From the NCBI GenBank assembly GCA_040285855.1, contig JAUFOQ010000002.1, positions 1,550,001-1,614,000 on the forward strand: a stretch of DNA of 64,000 nucleotides, read 5' to 3'. Position numbers and translations under genes: made by a program. The DNA comes from Eukaryota sp. GEM-RC1 (lineage: Eukaryota). Below are positions 60,126 to 64,000 of the stretch, one piece after another. A model generated the notes under the pieces. That model searched no databases and was not told the origin of the DNA. It worked only from the letters and a program-made list of their open reading frames with translations. The number at the start of each line of letters is the position of its first letter. Positions within the stretch are counted from its first letter, which is position 1.

Positions 60126-60716
60126 TCAACTCCAGGAAAAAATAGACTTTACTATGTCAAGACCAGGAAGTTCTTTTTCTTGATCTGTTCTTTCAACATT
60201 GGTAGACGAAGATGACCGCAGAACTCGTTTCACCTCCAATGTATCCAGCAGAGGTTCTCCTTCTATAGAAGAGTCTAACACAAGATCCTTTGGAGGGAGG
60301 GAGGGTAGGAAAGAAGGAACATAAGAAGGCGTAGGAGCATCGTCGTTTGGTGAAGAAAAGCTAGTAACAAGGAATGGGTCAGTATGAAGTGGGAATGAAG
60401 AAACATCTACTGAAAATGGAATATCCTCAAAAGCGGCTAGATGTTTAAGTAAGTCACGAGGTGAATAGTTTAATGACGATAGAGCTAGCAGAATATCATT
60501 GGTGGAGACTTCATATCTGTTATTGAGATGAGCCTCTCTATTTGATCTATGACCTACTTCCAGAATAACTGAAATGAGTGCAGTGTATAATTAAATACAT
60601 TTAGAAAGCATGGAAGAAAGAACATCAATAGAAGAATACTGCATGGTTTTGACATCACGAGCGTGAGAGATCTGTAGAACAATAATTCTAGCTAATGCGA
60701 CACTGAAATCGTCCAT
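60126..60716 (-). CDS. TAF8: TFIID subunit TAF8; one 30-nt intron at 60569-60598 (absent from the ORF track)
   Basis: Spliced MDDFSVALARIIVLQI...SSIDVLSSMLSKFILEVG...A...NR...NDILLAL histone fold plus PSYVPSFLPSLPP. Confidence 0.82.
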
Positions 60717-60773
60717 TTTGCTATGTCAGGAAGCAGAACAAGAAGCCAAAATCGAATCGTTGTTTTTTATTGC

Positions 60774-61256
60774 ATGTACATAACAACTAAATTGTCCCAA
60801 TACATCCACCTGATATCGTCCTATAGCGATGTATCTTCTACATCTCTTCGCATTGCAAATTCCATTTGTCAACTGTTGCTTGCTGATGATTTTTGTTTCA
60901 CATTCGACAATCCGTCTTATCTATTCTTTAAATCCCAACTCGATAGGCTTTACACTGTGCTACTTCAGTTAGAGGACTATGTTCTTCACATCAATAGCAT
61001 GTCTTCTGCTATTATACACGAACTTCTCTCTAATTCCTTCTATTTCTCCTTATCAGAACAAGTACAATGTCTTAGTCACATGTTGTCCTCCGATCTATTG
61101 TGCAAACAATCATTTTTTGATAAGCTGAACTCCCGATACCCTCTAACACGTCATCAGGCACTCATGTTACTCAACTGTTGGGCTATTCGTCCTCTCGCTT
61201 CAAATACTGAAGTTCAAGGGCTCATTGAAGCCATTACAAACTCTGGGGTCGTTTGA
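60774..61256 (+). CDS. helical protein, possibly CINP/C1orf109-like
   Basis: Open frame with C-terminal ML..DL..KQ......R.....LL.CW..RP pattern; start codon uncertain (60723 or 60774). Confidence 0.4.
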   Translation: MYITTKLSQYIHLISSYSDVSSTSLRIANSICQLLLADDFCFTFDNPSYLFFKSQLDRLYTVLLQLEDYVLHINSMSSAIIHELLSNSFYFSLSEQVQCLSHMLSSDLLCKQSFFDKLNSRYPLTRHQALMLLNCWAIRPLASNTEVQGLIEAITNSGVV

Positions 61257-62124
61257 GGAACCAGTTTAGGATTGAAGAGGCTTAGTTTTGGACATACTTT
61301 AGAATGATTGATCTGTACTCGTGGCGTGTGATGATGTGATCTTTTATCGAAATTGATTGTGGAATGGCAGTGCTATTATGCTAGTTTTGTTTTAAAGGTA
61401 GTGATGTGCAAAACCTATAGGTACTCACCAAAGAAGTTAATGTCACTATTGTTGATTGCAAGAGGACTTCAAAGTGTATCTGAACACTATGTAGTATCCG
61501 CTGACTGTTTTTGATCTGGTATTAAATCGTATAGCAGTTGCAGTAAGATTTGATAGTGATGGGTGTTGTTTTGTTGGGGTTTTGCACTTCATATCTACAC
61601 TACTGAAATTGGAAAGGGGTTTGTGCAAAAAGATTTGTGGTGGTGTTGATCAGGCTTTTTTATGTATCAATTTGATTTCGATACTTGGCGTTGTCCTTTT
61701 CATTTATAAACTGTTTTTCATAATTGATATTTAAAGGAGTTGTACTCAACCTGTCTAGTGTGTTTGAGAGCAGTCAAGGGAACATCATTTTTGTTTCTGT
61801 TATATTGTTCTGAAAAATCAATCTATTATTCTAATTTACCTAATACTAGACCCAAAAAAACCCTTACTAGCCTATCTCTTCGTGGCTGGTAATAGGTAAG
61901 GGCTAGCAATAGGTAGGGGCTAGTAAAGGAGGGGCTTGTATTAGGTAAGGGCTAGTAATTAGCTTGAGGTCAACAATGAACAATAAACAAGAGAACTGTA
62001 TACTATACTAGTAGCTATATTACTTTATAGTCCTAAATCAACCCCATACTCATACATGTATTTAATTCTACACTACATGTAGTAGTTTGGTACTGACATT
62101 ATCAAACAACTTATCAGAATAAGG

Positions 62125-62777
62125 CAGGGAGGACTGATAAATATTTAAATAGATATGATATTGTGATTCGATGAAAATAAATATTTATTCAAACACCATA
62201 TTTTGCAATAAATATTGCAATAGTTAAATAAATATGGATCTTAGTTGTGATGCCATTTAGTAAGACAAAAATACTGATTGACACAAACTTACTCATCAAC
62301 CGATGTCTACAACTTCACCATCACAGCCTTTAGCTCTTCTTGTGTTAACAATGTATTCACTAGAGGAAAGTCCCAATACTCGCGGTTTTCATGGAGAAAC
62401 AGATGTTTATGAAGACTGTCTGGCTTAACAAAAGGACGACGATGGATTTCTAGCTTTAGTTCAGCTTTACTAAACAGTCACGTGGCTCAGTTTCATGGTA
62501 AGATTTATGGAAATACATTCCAGATACTTGTTATTTTACCTGTCTTCTTGTTGTTTTTTGCTGACACCGATGTGATATTGAAACAATTGATAAATAATTA
62601 ACAACTTAATGTCGCTGAACAACGGCATTTCAGTTCAAATGTGTGTGTATTGTGCTCACCTCTAAGTGTTTGACTTCAATCATATTTATATAAATATTAC
62701 AATATCAGGCAATAATTATTACACTTCCGAAACAGTCGAAAATACATATTTTTTGCAATATTTATTAGTCCTCTCTG
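62125..62777. mobile_element. hAT-like MITE
   Basis: TIR CAG(G/A)GAGGACT(G/A)ATAAATATT; TSD GAATAAGG. Confidence 0.9.
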
Positions 62778-62964
62778 GAATAAGGTGGGCTAGTATTAGG
62801 TTAATTAGAGTAGCTCTCGGTGTTTTTTGTGAAGAAAAAGCTGATGTGAGTTTTAATGGCAATGATTGTTGCTTTAATGATATTGAGTTCTAGTATTTGT
62901 GTTATCTTAGTGTTTTTGTTTCATAAAGATACAGACAAAAAAATCAATTTTTTCTAACAAAAAA

Positions 62965-63046
62965 TGCACAGGACGAGACTCGAACTCGCGCGGCTCTCGC
63001 CATTGGGACTTGAATCCAACTCCTTAACCAACTCGGACACCTGTGC
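62965..63046 (-). tRNA. trnL-CAA: tRNA-Leu(CAA)
   Basis: Acceptor GCACAGG/CCTGTGC plus discriminator A; loop TT-CAA-GT; long variable arm TGGC-GAGA-GCCG; T arm GCGAG-TTCGAGT-CTCGT; A31-C39 mismatch. Confidence 0.92.
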
Positions 63047-64000
63047 CGCTGAAGTTCATCGCGAAATCCAGACTGCCTTCAGTTCAGTCCTACTAGGTTA
63101 AAGAGAAGAAAAATATTGCCGGCATACATCTTATCTCACATGCCTTCAAGCGGGTATGCTTGACGGCAATGTGAGAAAAGTGTATGGAACTAAAAGTGGA
63201 ATAAGGAAGCACGTAAAAGCCAAACATCTTGAGATTCCCATGATTAAGATCCTTAGGGTTTCTTGTCTTATGTGGTAATTTATCAAGGGAAAGTAAGTTC
63301 ACCATGAAAACACCAGGAAATCCCACTTCGTTTATATATATTATAGTCCAAACCGCCTGCAACATGTCTACCTACAAATTTTGCATTATCAGGTTGAGGA
63401 AGGAAAGTATCAATAAGTCCCTTACAGTCAGTGTTACCTGATGTGCTTCTGAACTCAAACGTTACATCTTCCAATTAGGCTGGTACAAGACGTGAGATTC
63501 ACTCAGCAACTACAAGTCTGAGTCTGAGTCTGGAAGTTCCACAGAATATGACTTGTAATAACGAATTTGTGTGTGGAGAAAAACACACAACAAGAAAGCA
63601 ACAAATAAATACAAACTATTAAACAAATTCTCAAACAAACTACCTACTAGTAATTCCGAAAAGTAGTTACTACCAAACAACATGGACAACACGGAATCAA
63701 CATATCTATACAGAGACCAAAAAATCGAGGAGCAAATGTACTCTTCCAGTACGATCTGATAAACTTCTTGCCAAAGTCTCAACACAAATTTTCAAACAAA
63801 ATTAACAACTCCCTGGTAGAAGAACCGGAATTACCGTGCAGTAATTCGTTGTTTCTAATTGCATTTCGACCACATTTGTAAAAGATGCGTAACTCTTTTC
63901 CAAAGCCAAACTTATACATGGTACTACTTGTTATTCGCTATCGAATGACCGTTGGGCGTCAATTGTTCCAGAAGATGAGCTTGTTGAAGAACAATTATGA

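Noticed and set aside
62965..63046. tRNA-Sec or UGA suppressor (loop contains TTCAA)
   Set aside because: Stem register places CAA at 34-36; standard 7/5 acceptor/T stems, short D stem and discriminator A fit tRNA-Leu
63093..64000. Protein-coding genes at the right edge
   Set aside because: Fragmented frames on both strands with no recognisable domain; cannot be supported

Overview
Eukaryotic nuclear DNA (AT-rich, standard code: TAA, TAG and TGA all end conserved genes) from a gene-compact protist-like genome. Islands of tightly packed housekeeping genes alternate with heaps of transposons. Genes recognised: TAF9, patatin/iPLA2, DNAJC21, TRAPPC2L, SGF29, NEDD8, a WD40 protein, UBA3, a BAHD-type acyltransferase, TopBP1/Dpb11-like, UBC12, endosulfine, SARNP/Tho1, SSU72, TAF8 and two tRNAs. 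Five 26-34 nt spliceosomal introns can be read directly. Several genes are broken by 1-nt indels in homopolymers, probably consensus errors. Mobile DNA includes a Ty3/Gypsy element with identical 66-bp LTRs, many non-autonomous hAT elements with 8-bp TSDs (nested up to five levels), and MULE, pogo and CRE-like LINE remnants. Most notable observations: (1) a well-formed type II SECIS behind a small Rdx/SelW-like gene that lacks CxxU but ends TGA-TGT-TAA, a candidate new selenoprotein with a C-terminal Sec-Cys; (2) the ultra-short-LTR retroelement, whose 5' region carries an array of covarying UUCCRY stem-loops; (3) NEDD8, UBA3 and UBC12 co-oriented within 34 kb; (4) an unrecognised three-member family of small repeat proteins sharing an upstream motif; (5) a membrane-anchored BspA-type LRR protein on a stalk of 234-bp repeats. 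All calls were made by eye without database searches, and the organism cannot be identified from this window.
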